32,000 bases of DNA. It comes from Candidatus Profftella armatura (GTDB lineage Bacteria; Pseudomonadota; Gammaproteobacteria; Burkholderiales; Burkholderiaceae). A model generated the notes under the pieces. It made no database searches. It saw only the letters and a list, made by a program, of their open reading frames with translations, and was not told where the DNA came from. Made by a program: the position numbers and the translations under genes. The stretch is taken from contig NC_021885.1 in the NCBI RefSeq assembly GCF_000441555.1, forward strand, positions 150,001 to 182,000. Direction: 5' to 3'. Within the stretch, counting starts at the first letter, position 1. Each line of letters opens with the position of its first letter. Below are positions 14,363 through 23,370 of the stretch, piece after piece.

Positions 14363-15544
14363 ATGAAACTTATGCGTTATAATCATATTCCCAAAATTAA
14401 TATAATATCTTATATTTTATTTTTTCTCTCTTTTTTTACAGTATTTTTTTCTGGAAAAATTGTCAGTAAAGAAATAAAAATTGGAACATCAATACCATTA
14501 ACTGGACAATTTTCTAATATTGGTAAATATTATCACGATGCTTATAAATTTACTATTGATAAAATAAATGAAAGTGGAGGTGTGAAAGTTAATAATTCAT
14601 TTAAAAAATTATCTCTTAAGTTATATGATAATCAATCAAATATCGGTATTAATAAGTGTCAATATATTAAACTAATCACAGAAGATAATATTAATTTTTT
14701 ATTAGGACCTTTTTTAAATAATTTTATACTTAATAATTCTTTTATTTCCGAAAAATACAAAACTATTATTATGCAAAGTTGTGGAATTTCAAACCAAATT
14801 TTATCAAATAATTTTAAATATGTTTTTGGTTTATTTATACCAGCTAAAAATTATTTTCAAGATACTATAGAAATTTTAAAAAAAATGAAAATAAAAAATG
14901 AAAAAATTGTGTTTCTTTATGTTAATGATGCATTTCATTCTGCTATTGCAAATGGAGTATCTTTAATATTTAAAAAATTTAATTTAAATAAAATTATAAA
15001 TAAAAATTATTCATTAAATACTATTGATTTCACCTCATTAATAGCACAAATAAAAAATATAAACGCAAAAATAATATTTTTTTCTGGATATGAAACAAAT
15101 ATTATTAATTTTATACGACAAATTAAAATTTTTAAAATAAAACCTATGTTTTTTTCATTGACTTCTGATTTATTAAATAAAAATATTAGGAATTTACTAA
15201 AAAATGAAAATAATTATACTTATGGTATAACTCCCTGGTTGCCTAATTTTAATTTTAAAGATCGTTGGTTTAGTAATGCTAAAAATTTTTCAAATGAATA
15301 TAAAAAAAAATTTGGATATTATCCTGATTATCATTCAATTTTTGCTGTAATTGATATTGAATCATTAGTATATGCAATAGAAAAATCAAATGATCTTAAT
15401 CCATTAAAAGTAAAAAAACAGTTAAAAAAATTAAATTTTAATAGCATATATGGTAAAATTACTTTTAATAAAAATAATAAAATGATAATATCACAAAATG
15501 TTATTAAAATTCAAAATAATAAATTAGTTCCAGCTAATAGTTAA
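14363..15544 (+). CDS. ABC transporter periplasmic substrate-binding protein, Leu/Ile/Val-binding (type I PBP, LivJ/K-like) family
   Basis: 393 aa. N-terminal hydrophobic signal/anchor (ISYILFFLSFFTVFF). IKIGTSIPLTGQFSNIGKYYHDAYKFTIDKINESGGV is typical of this family. First gene of a livKHMGF-ordered operon. Confidence 0.8.
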   Translation: MKLMRYNHIPKINIISYILFFLSFFTVFFSGKIVSKEIKIGTSIPLTGQFSNIGKYYHDAYKFTIDKINESGGVKVNNSFKKLSLKLYDNQSNIGINKCQYIKLITEDNINFLLGPFLNNFILNNSFISEKYKTIIMQSCGISNQILSNNFKYVFGLFIPAKNYFQDTIEILKKMKIKNEKIVFLYVNDAFHSAIANGVSLIFKKFNLNKIINKNYSLNTIDFTSLIAQIKNINAKIIFFSGYETNIINFIRQIKIFKIKPMFFSLTSDLLNKNIRNLLKNENNYTYGITPWLPNFNFKDRWFSNAKNFSNEYKKKFGYYPDYHSIFAVIDIESLVYAIEKSNDLNPLKVKKQLKKLNFNSIYGKITFNKNNKMIISQNVIKIQNNKLVPANS

Positions 15545-15575
15545 ATATTTTAATGATTTTTAAAATCTAAAAATA

Positions 15576-16439
15576 ATGAATTTACTAATACAAATTTTTA
15601 TTAATGGTATTTTACAAGGTGGTTTTTATATCATAATAGCGTTAGGATTGGCACTAACTTGGGGAATACTTAATATTCCTAATCTTACCCATGGGACATT
15701 TATTGTATTAGGTGGTTATATAACATGGTATTTATATAATAATTTTAATATAGATCCATTATTAAATTTACCAATTGTAGCATTAATAATGTTTATATTA
15801 GGTTATATTATACAACGTTTATTAATTAATTTTGTTATAAAAGCACCAAAATTTAATACTCTTTTGCTTACTTTTGGATTAGATATGTTGTTAACCAACA
15901 TAATACAATTAATATTTTTAACAAATTCTTATATTATTAATCCGATTTATGCAAGTAAAAGTATAACATTTGGAGATTTTTTATTTCCTGAAATTAAATT
16001 AATAGCATTTTTCATAGGAATTTTTTTAGCAATTGGCATGTGGTTTTTCTTATTATATACTAAATTAGGATATTCAATTCGAGCCACAAGTCAGAACAAA
16101 ATAATTGTACGTTTTTGCGGGATAAATCCAGGACATTTATATGCGATAACTTTTGCTATTAGCTCAGCTATTTCTGGAATTGCTGGCGCATTTTACGGAA
16201 TGATATTTCAAATTAATCCATATATTGGTCCTATGCTTACGACTAAATCATTTATAATTTCTAGTATTGGAGGATTAAATAATCCAATTAATATAATTTT
16301 TGGGGCAATATTATTAGGTATTGTGGAATCTTTAACTACATTATACATTGGACCAACTTTTACTGATTTATTTAGTTTTAGTATTTTAGTTTTAATATTT
16401 TTTTTTCGTCCAAATGGATTAATGGGAAAAGTTAGATGA
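15576..16439 (+). CDS. livH: Branched-chain amino acid (HAAT family) ABC transporter permease, LivH-like
   Basis: 287 aa multi-pass hydrophobic protein. The LivH-like N-terminus (ILQGGFYIIIALGLALTWGILNIPNLTHG) and operon position support the call. Confidence 0.8.
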   Translation: MNLLIQIFINGILQGGFYIIIALGLALTWGILNIPNLTHGTFIVLGGYITWYLYNNFNIDPLLNLPIVALIMFILGYIIQRLLINFVIKAPKFNTLLLTFGLDMLLTNIIQLIFLTNSYIINPIYASKSITFGDFLFPEIKLIAFFIGIFLAIGMWFFLLYTKLGYSIRATSQNKIIVRFCGINPGHLYAITFAISSAISGIAGAFYGMIFQINPYIGPMLTTKSFIISSIGGLNNPINIIFGAILLGIVESLTTLYIGPTFTDLFSFSILVLIFFFRPNGLMGKVR

Positions 16440-17392
16440 AAAATTTAAAATTATTTAAATATTCTATTTACGTATTAATATTGATATTATTAATTTTTTT
16501 ACCTTCATACGCTCCAGATGTATTAATGCAATTTAGTATTAATGTTTTATTATCATCTGTTTTGGCGCAAAGCTGGAATATTATTGGAGGTTATACTAAT
16601 TATGTTTCTTTTGGTAATTCAGTATTTTATGGTCTTGGTAATTATTGTACAGCAATAACAATAAAAAGATTTAATTTTTCTTTTGGTATTAGTTTAATTT
16701 TTAGCATATTATTAGTTATATTTTTTGTAATATTTATTAGAAAATTTATTTTTCGTTTAAAAGGACAGTATTTTGCAATTACAACTTTAGCTATTTCTCA
16801 AATAACAATGTTGATTTTATCTAAAGTAAAATTTACTGGAAAAAATATTGGATTAATAATTCCAGAATTTAATAATGATACTTTTTTTTATGAAATATAT
16901 TTATTATTATTAATAATTATAACATTAAATATTTATTTTTTAACTAAAAGTAAATTTATATTAGGATTAATTGCGATTCGTGAAAACGAAGAAAATGCAA
17001 TAGCATTAGGTATTAATACTAATTTTTATAAAACATTAATTCTAATATTTTCTGGTACATTTGTTGCATTAGCAGGGAGTGTTCATGCTTATTGGGTTTC
17101 TTTTGTAACCCCAGATAGTGCTTTTGATACAAGTCTTAATATAAAAATGATTCTTATGACAGTTTTAGGTGGTTTAGGAACAATAATTGGTCCAATTATA
17201 GGTTCATTTTTGTTTTTATTTTTATCAGAAATAATGGTTAATAATTTTACTGGTATTGCCAATATATTTCTTGGATTTATAATTATAATTTTAATAATAA
17301 TTATGCCTAATGGTTTTATAAAAATTTTCACTAATTTTCATAAAATTAATAAAAATTACTTTATTAAAAAAATTAAAAAAAATAAATTATGA
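16436..17392 (+). CDS. livM: HAAT family ABC transporter permease, LivM-like
   Basis: 318 aa hydrophobic protein. Has a LGLIAIRENEENAIALGIN motif (LivM-type RENE..A...G). ATGA start/stop overlaps with both neighbouring genes. Confidence 0.8.
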   Translation: MKNLKLFKYSIYVLILILLIFLPSYAPDVLMQFSINVLLSSVLAQSWNIIGGYTNYVSFGNSVFYGLGNYCTAITIKRFNFSFGISLIFSILLVIFFVIFIRKFIFRLKGQYFAITTLAISQITMLILSKVKFTGKNIGLIIPEFNNDTFFYEIYLLLLIIITLNIYFLTKSKFILGLIAIRENEENAIALGINTNFYKTLILIFSGTFVALAGSVHAYWVSFVTPDSAFDTSLNIKMILMTVLGGLGTIIGPIIGSFLFLFLSEIMVNNFTGIANIFLGFIIIILIIIMPNGFIKIFTNFHKINKNYFIKKIKKNKL

Positions 17393-18105
17393 CATCTATT
17401 TTAAAAATTTTTAATGTTACTAAATGTTTGAACAATTTTTTAGTAATTAATAATGTAAATTTTTCATTAAAAAGGGGTGAAATATTAGGAATAACTGGAA
17501 ATAATGAATCTGGTAAAACAATACTTGCACGTATAATTAGTGGATTTATAATACAAGATAAAGGAGATATATTTTTCCAAAAAAAAATAATTAATTCTTT
17601 TTTACCATTTAAACGAGTTAAATTAGGTATTATTCATATATTTCAAAATAAAAATTTATTTAATAATTTATCTGTTTTAGATAATGTAACAATTAGTATA
17701 TTATTTGGATCAAATGATAATATTAATCTTATTTATTCACGTCAAAAAGCATTTGAATATTTAAAATTTGTAGGTTTGCAAAAATTTTTTAATTCCAAAA
17801 TTAATACATTAACTCGGCTTAATAAACAAAAATTGAAATTAGCGAAAGCTTTTGGTGCAAAACCCAAAATAATTTTATTAGATGAAATAATGTCTGGTTT
17901 AAATAAAATTGAAGTTTTAAAATTAGCTAAAATAATTGAAAAAATTCGTAATTTAGATATTAGTATTTTATTTATTGATAAAAATTTCAGTGCTATTAAA
18001 ATTTTAGTGGATCGTTTATTAGTTTTATATCGTGGTAATAAAATAGCAGATGATTTTCCAAAAAAGATATTATCTGATAAAATTTTACTAAATAAATTGA
18101 GTTAA
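17389..18105 (+). CDS. livG: HAAT family ABC transporter ATP-binding protein, LivG-like (divergent signature and H-loop)
   Basis: 238 aa. Walker A GNNESGKT, Q-loop IFQNKNLF, Walker B IILLDE. The signature region reads LTRLNKQK and the H-loop position reads IDKN. Confidence 0.75.
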   Translation: MTSILKIFNVTKCLNNFLVINNVNFSLKRGEILGITGNNESGKTILARIISGFIIQDKGDIFFQKKIINSFLPFKRVKLGIIHIFQNKNLFNNLSVLDNVTISILFGSNDNINLIYSRQKAFEYLKFVGLQKFFNSKINTLTRLNKQKLKLAKAFGAKPKIILLDEIMSGLNKIEVLKLAKIIEKIRNLDISILFIDKNFSAIKILVDRLLVLYRGNKIADDFPKKILSDKILLNKLS

Positions 18106-18109
18106 AAAT

Positions 18110-18799
18110 ATGAAAAATTTAAATAAAAAATATCCAATTTTAGAAATTAAAAATTTATACTTAAAGTATAATAATAAATTAATTTTAAATAAAATAAATT
18201 TAAATTTTTTTTCCGGAGAAATAGTAACTTTAATTGGGAAAACAAATTCTGGAAAAACTACTTTTGCTCATGCAATATATAACATGTTACCATATGCTGG
18301 TAAAATTATTTTTAATAAAAATAAAATATATAAATTAACATATGACAAAATTTTTAAACTAGGATTAGTCTATGTTATGCAAAAAAATAGATTATTTGAA
18401 CAAATAACAGTAGAAGAAAATTTATTAATAGGAGCTTATTTAAGAACTAATAAACTTTTAATTATGAGGGATTTAAATAAAATATATTCAATATTTCCTA
18501 AATTATTTGAACAGCGCATGCAATTAGCTATTAATTTATCCAATGGACAAAAAAAAATATGCTCAATAGCACGCGCATTAATGGCTTCACCAAAATTTAT
18601 AATTATTGATGAAATTAGCTTTGGAATTACAAATAAAATAATAAATAAAATAATAAAAATATTAATAGAAATACAAAAATTTGGTACAACTATTTTTTTG
18701 ATAGAAAAAAATATACAATTAATTATACCTATTTCTGATCATATTTATATTATAAAAAAAGGAAGTATTATAAAATCACAAAATTATAGAAATAACTAA
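18110..18799 (+). CDS. livF: HAAT family ABC transporter ATP-binding protein, LivF-like
   Basis: 229 aa. Walker A GKTNSGKT, signature LSNGQ, Walker B FIIIDE, and LIEKN at the LivF VEQN position. Confidence 0.75.
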   Translation: MKNLNKKYPILEIKNLYLKYNNKLILNKINLNFFSGEIVTLIGKTNSGKTTFAHAIYNMLPYAGKIIFNKNKIYKLTYDKIFKLGLVYVMQKNRLFEQITVEENLLIGAYLRTNKLLIMRDLNKIYSIFPKLFEQRMQLAINLSNGQKKICSIARALMASPKFIIIDEISFGITNKIINKIIKILIEIQKFGTTIFLIEKNIQLIIPISDHIYIIKKGSIIKSQNYRNN

Positions 18800-18858
18800 G
18801 AGTTATAAATATAATATGAATGTAAAATTATCCTATAAATTTATGAACTGGAAAAACA

Positions 18859-19101
18859 ATGACAAAAAATAATATTTTTAATGTTATTAAAAAAAACATT
18901 TTAGACACTTTACCCAAAATATCACCACATATAATTTCATATGAAAAAAAATTAGTTGATTTAGGCGCAAATTCTGTAGATAGAATTGAAATTATTATAA
19001 TGTCAATGAAAGATTTAAATATAAAAATTCCATTACTTAATTTTTCTAAAGTATCTACAATTGAAGATTTAATAAATGTATTTTTTGCAAAATTAAATTA
19101 A
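18859..19101 (+). CDS. Free-standing acyl carrier protein (donor ACP of a beta-branching cassette, PedN/AcpK-like)
   Basis: 80 aa. LGANSVDRIEIIM carrier-protein core with the Ser retained. Convergent with the HMG-CoA-synthase-like gene and overlaps it by 4 bp. Confidence 0.8.
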   Translation: MTKNNIFNVIKKNILDTLPKISPHIISYEKKLVDLGANSVDRIEIIIMSMKDLNIKIPLLNFSKVSTIEDLINVFFAKLN

Positions 19102-20393
19102 TTAAACCATTTATAACGCCTATAAAATCCCTTAATTTCTACTAAAAATATTCTTTTTTGATTATTTTTTTTTAATGATTTTTTTATAAATTTCCATATA
19201 TTTGGTAAAATATTAGTGTCTAAAACTGCATCCCTTGTACCAAATTTAACAACATTTTTATCTTTTATTAATACTTCATATTCATTTATATTTAATTGAT
19301 AACGAGAATCTAAATATTTTTTAATATTTAGTAATTTAATTTTTTTTTGACTAATAGATGTTGCAACACCACTATAAAATTCAGAACTACAACCCGATCC
19401 ATATGAAAATAATCCAATTCGCTTAGGAAAGTTAAAATCTCCATTTTCAATAATACTAATTAAAGAAACCATAATAGTTCCCCCCATAATATTACCAACT
19501 TTTTGACAAAATATTAAACCTAATTTTACACGTTTTTGAAAATCTTTTTCAATATCAATTTTATCAATATTAGAGCTATGTTGACGCATCATATAACGAT
19601 GAGCACCATTAACCATACCACCAAAAGGAGTATGAAAACTCAAATAATCAAAAGAAGTTTTATAATTAACATTAGGTACACGTTTTTTATATTCTTTAAA
19701 ACTTTGAGCACAACAATCTAAATATGATAATAAAGATAAATCTGCATTTCCGGCTTCACTATCGGGTATTGGACGACATGTATCCATTACTTCAAAACTA
19801 TAATATCCATTAGAACCAATATCAAATTGAAATATTTCAGGTTTATCACTGATCAACATAGCTACAGCTCCTGCGCCTCCACTTGGTTCAAAAAAGGCCC
19901 ATTCCATTGTTAATTCATTTTTATCTTCTGTAACAAAAAAACGAGAAATATCGGTGGCAATAACCAATGCTTTAGCACCTGGAGATACTTTAGATAAAAT
20001 AAAATTAATCGCCATTTGTAAACCAGCTGTACAAGAATAACAGGCTTGTTTTAATTCAAATAAACGACAATTACGATTTAAACCTAAATAATGATGAATA
20101 TATGTGCTCATTGATTTTCCAAAATCAATTCCTGATTCGGAGCATGTAATAATTAACTCAATGCTATTTTTATCGATATTCGATAAATTATCAATTAATG
20201 GGGCTGCGGCATTAATAGCAAAACTAACTGGATCTTCATAAGGCAAAGAAACAGATTTTTGTTGCATAAGTAAATTTTCAAAACGCACAGTATCTAGTTT
20301 TCTGTATTTAGCTAATTCAATAACATCAATAAATACACTGCCTCCATACAAATTAATTGCCTCAATTCCAACTTTTATCATATTTTTTCTCAT
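19098..20393 (-). CDS. HMG-CoA synthase-like beta-branching enzyme (HCS; PedM/PksG-like)
   Basis: 431 aa. VGIEAINLYGG N-terminus, CSESGIDFGKS (Glu), KQACYSCTAGLQ (catalytic Cys), LSFHTPFGGM (His). An alternative ATG at 20381 is possible. Confidence 0.9.
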   Translation of the reverse strand: MRKNMIKVGIEAINLYGGSVFIDVIELAKYRKLDTVRFENLLMQQKSVSLPYEDPVSFAINAAAPLIDNLSNIDKNSIELIITCSESGIDFGKSMSTYIHHYLGLNRNCRLFELKQACYSCTAGLQMAINFILSKVSPGAKALVIATDISRFFVTEDKNELTMEWAFFEPSGGAGAVAMLISDKPEIFQFDIGSNGYYSFEVMDTCRPIPDSEAGNADLSLLSYLDCCAQSFKEYKKRVPNVNYKTSFDYLSFHTPFGGMVNGAHRYMMRQHSSNIDKIDIEKDFQKRVKLGLIFCQKVGNIMGGTIMVSLISIIENGDFNFPKRIGLFSYGSGCSSEFYSGVATSISQKKIKLLNIKKYLDSRYQLNINEYEVLIKDKNVVKFGTRDAVLDTNILPNIWKFIKKSLKKNNQKRIFLVEIKGFYRRYKWFN

Positions 20394-20473
20394 TAAATAA
20401 TATTAAAATTTTTGTATATGTAATATTTAAAATACTTTTTAAATATAATTATAAATTATATGCTTTATAATTT

Positions 20474-21496
20474 TTATAACGGTATTTTATTATTTCTTGA
20501 AATTTTACTAATATCAACAGATTCTTTATAAAATTGAATTTTATTTTCTGAAAAATTTAATAAAAAGTTATTAAAAGATTTTCCATGTAATTTGTTTTTT
20601 AACTTTATTTTAACATCATATATTGGAAGCATACGAATAACATAAATTTCTCTTGCCTGTTGTGTATTTTTCCAGTATTCTGCAAAATGAAAATTTTTAT
20701 TATTAAATAGTAAAACTTTACCTTTTGTTTCAATAGTTTCAGTAAAATCATTAATATATTGTGTCTTTACTAAAGAAAGCATATTTTTATATATACTCAT
20801 TAGTTCTTGGTGCATTGTGCTTTTAATAAACGAATTAATTTTAGAATAATTAATTAAATTAGGATCAATATAATTATTTTTATCTAAATAAATTATATTT
20901 TTTGAAAAATATTCATATAATAATTTTAATAGCATATTTCCTGGAATTTTTAGTTTTTTTTCTGGTAAAACTTTAAGTTTTCCCCCATTAATATAGTTTA
21001 AATCAACTAAAGGAATATATATACTTAAATCATTTTCAGTTTCATAAAAATGATGAAAATTTGGTAAATCACTATGTATTCCAGCTGCTGAAGATAAATG
21101 ATTACTATGCAAATACATATCATATGATACAAGCATATAATGAGCTTTAAAAAAACGAAAAAAACCTTTTTCAGATAATTCTTTTAATACTTTTTTGATA
21201 AAAATTTGTTCACAATAAACAGCTTTGCTATAAGATTTATTATAAAAATTTTTAACCGATATTTTTGCAAATTTTGGAAATACTTTTAAAAAAAAATTAA
21301 AAAATTTTTTTTGCATCATATATGCAAGATGTTCATTATAATCAAAAAATTTTGGAAAATCATTATGACCTATTTTTTTTCTTGTATAGTATTCCTGGAT
21401 TTCATTAACTAAATTATTGCTTAAAGAAATATTAGTTTCAATAAATCCATTAGTATAATATTCCATAAAATATTTTTCTTTAAGAATTTTAAACAC
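20474..21496 (-). CDS. Putative Fe(II)/2-oxoglutarate-dependent dioxygenase (PhyH-like), probable tailoring hydroxylase
   Basis: 340 aa. GIHSDLP (HxD), LSIYIPLVDLNYINGGLKVLP-like segment, GKVLLFNNKNFHFAEYWKN....REIYVIRM (distal His/Arg). The GTG start at 21496 is preceded by a perfect AAGGAG with a 6-nt spacer. Assignment rests on motif pattern only. Confidence 0.55.
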   Translation of the reverse strand: MFKILKEKYFMEYYTNGFIETNISLSNNLVNEIQEYYTRKKIGHNDFPKFFDYNEHLAYMMQKKFFNFFLKVFPKFAKISVKNFYNKSYSKAVYCEQIFIKKVLKELSEKGFFRFFKAHYMLVSYDMYLHSNHLSSAAGIHSDLPNFHHFYETENDLSIYIPLVDLNYINGGKLKVLPEKKLKIPGNMLLKLLYEYFSKNIIYLDKNNYIDPNLINYSKINSFIKSTMHQELMSIYKNMLSLVKTQYINDFTETIETKGKVLLFNNKNFHFAEYWKNTQQAREIYVIRMLPIYDVKIKLKNKLHGKSFNNFLLNFSENKIQFYKESVDISKISRNNKIPL

Positions 21497-21502
21497 TATA
21501 AG

Positions 21503-21508
21503 CTCCTT
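21503..21508 (-). promoter_or_regulatory. Shine-Dalgarno AAGGAG for the PhyH-like gene (supports the GTG start at 21496)
   Basis: Plus-strand ctcctt at 21503-21508 is AAGGAG on the minus strand, 6 nt upstream of the GTG. Confidence 0.6.
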
Positions 21509-21575
21509 ATATTTAAATTATTTTAATAAATACTTAAATAAATTTTTGAAAATTATTAATTATTTTTAAAAATAC

Positions 21576-22331
21576 TTATTCCCATGGAAAATAACCAGTA
21601 TTCATATAATAAGAAATTTTTTCTAAATTTTTAGAATCAGAAAATAATTTATGGTTAGTAGAAATTGCATTATTTTTTGAATTTAATAAAATATTATTTA
21701 ATTCATTTATATATTTTTTATAATTTTTAATGCTATTTTTTGATAAATATTTAAGACGCAAGAGATGTTTATGTAATAGTAAATCATTATTATTTGAAAT
21801 GGCATCAACTAAATTCCATTCTAATGCTTGTTTTGCTGTAATTGGTTTAGTCATTAAAGTCATATAATTTGATCTTTGAAAACCTATACGTCTAATTAAA
21901 AATGGTAAAACACAAGCTGGAAATAAATTAAATAATAATTCAGATAAACTAAATTGAGCATCGTGATTAGCTAAAACTATATCACAAGCTGCAATAAAAC
22001 CAATCCCCCCAGCATTTACTCTACCGCTACATATATTAGATAAACTAATAAATGGCCCACATGATAACAGATACCATAATTCATATAATTTTTTTGATTC
22101 TATTGGATGGTTTTTTTTTATTATTTCGTCAAAATCAGCTCCTAAACAAAATATTTTTGGTAATCCTTCTAAAACAACAATATGAAAAGGATTAGATGAA
22201 TCATTTTTTTTTAAAATATGAAGACATTCATTAATCATAGAATTATTAATCATATTATTATTTTTTTTATTACAAAATCGTATAAAACAAATGGATTGTT
22301 TTATATTCACTTCAATAGTTTCATAATTCAT
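21576..22331 (-). CDS. Enoyl-CoA hydratase/isomerase (crotonase) family protein, beta-branching ECH (PedL-like)
   Basis: Crotonase fold motifs VVLEGLPKIFCLGADFDEI and NAGGIGFIAACDIVLA. The track start at 22385 is TTG. I prefer ATG at 22331 (MNYETIEVNIK...). Confidence 0.8.
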   Translation of the reverse strand: MNYETIEVNIKQSICFIRFCNKKNNNMINNSMINECLHILKKNDSSNPFHIVVLEGLPKIFCLGADFDEIIKKNHPIESKKLYELWYLLSCGPFISLSNICSGRVNAGGIGFIAACDIVLANHDAQFSLSELLFNLFPACVLPFLIRRIGFQRSNYMTLMTKPITAKQALEWNLVDAISNNNDLLLHKHLLRLKYLSKNSIKNYKKYINELNNILLNSKNNAISTNHKLFSDSKNLEKISYYMNTGYFPWE

Positions 22332-22420
22332 ATTATTTGTAATTTTTATGTAAAAATTTGAATTATCTAATAAAAATTTTAACAAAATATAGTATATTTT
22401 AGATAAAATTTTATAGAAAA

Positions 22421-23089
22421 TTAATTATAAATTTTAACTGCTGTTATTAAATAGTTATAACTTATTCCAGCAAAAATATCAACATTTGGTTTTTTATTTT
22501 GGATAATAAATTGAATTTTTTTATTTTCATAAAAAATTTTAATATCTCTCATATCTATAAAATTATTGATTTCACTTGAAATCGCTTTAATAATTGATTC
22601 TTTAACACTAAATAATATTGTTGATGAATCAATATTCAAACCAAATTTATCCATTATGTCTATTTCATTTTTATTAATCACAAACATTGATTCTAAATAT
22701 TTTAATTTATTACTATATTTTGGGAAATAAATAATATCAATACCAATATTTGTTAAAAAAGGTATTTTTTTCATTATTACTACGGTACATAATTTATTAT
22801 CATGACTAATACTGCCATTTATTTTATCTGGCCATATTGGATTTTTTAAATATCCAGTTAATATTTCTGTTTCTGGGAATCCAAAATATTTCAATCCTTT
22901 TCTAGATAACCATCGTCCTGTTGAAAATTCTTTTTTTCTCTTGGAGACTGCATTAATTACTAATTTTTTTTCTTCTGGTAATATTGGATAATTATCAATT
23001 TTTGCTGTTTCTATAAATGTTTTTTTTGGAAACCATTTATATAAAATATTATTTATATTAGCAATAATTTTATCTTCTTTAATATTCAA
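22421..23089 (-). CDS. Sfp/EntD-type 4'-phosphopantetheinyl transferase
   Basis: 222 aa. FSTGRWLSRKGL, GSISHDNKLCTVV, IGIDII and FSVKESIIKA match PPTase motifs (G.D, (W/F)..KES..K). The only in-frame start near the N-terminus is TTG at 23089. Confidence 0.8.
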   Translation of the reverse strand: MNIKEDKIIANINNILYKWFPKKTFIETAKIDNYPILPEEKKLVINAVSKRKKEFSTGRWLSRKGLKYFGFPETEILTGYLKNPIWPDKINGSISHDNKLCTVVIMKKIPFLTNIGIDIIYFPKYSNKLKYLESMFVINKNEIDIMDKFGLNIDSSTILFSVKESIIKAISSEINNFIDMRDIKIFYENKKIQFIIQNKKPNVDIFAGISYNYLITAVKIYN

Positions 23090-23370
23090 TGTATATTTGA
23101 TATTTAATTAATAATTTTCATGATTTTTATCTTTATAATTTCCTTAAAAAGATAAAGAAAAATAATTCTATTTAAAATTTTACACAAATATAAATTTTAT
23201 GTAAATTGATACATATATAGTAAATTATATCTTCAACTATATAATATAAAAAATTTATATTTCTTAAAATAAAATAATTTTTTAAAAATATTTTTTTTAT
23301 ATAATATTAATATTGAATAATATTTTTTATTTTTTATAAATATTTTTAAAACAAAATAGGTAAATAAACA

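Noticed and set aside
17089-17331. Track ORF (-, 80 aa)
   Set aside because: Antisense inside the LivM-like permease gene. It is Ile/Lys-rich low complexity with no start context.
18816-18872. 18-codon small ORF (MNVKLSYKFMNWKNNDKK) just upstream of the free ACP gene and overlapping its start
   Set aside because: It has no RBS and no recognisable features. Chance ORFs of this size are abundant in this composition.
19536-19721. Track ORF (+, 61 aa)
   Set aside because: Antisense inside the HMG-CoA-synthase-like gene.
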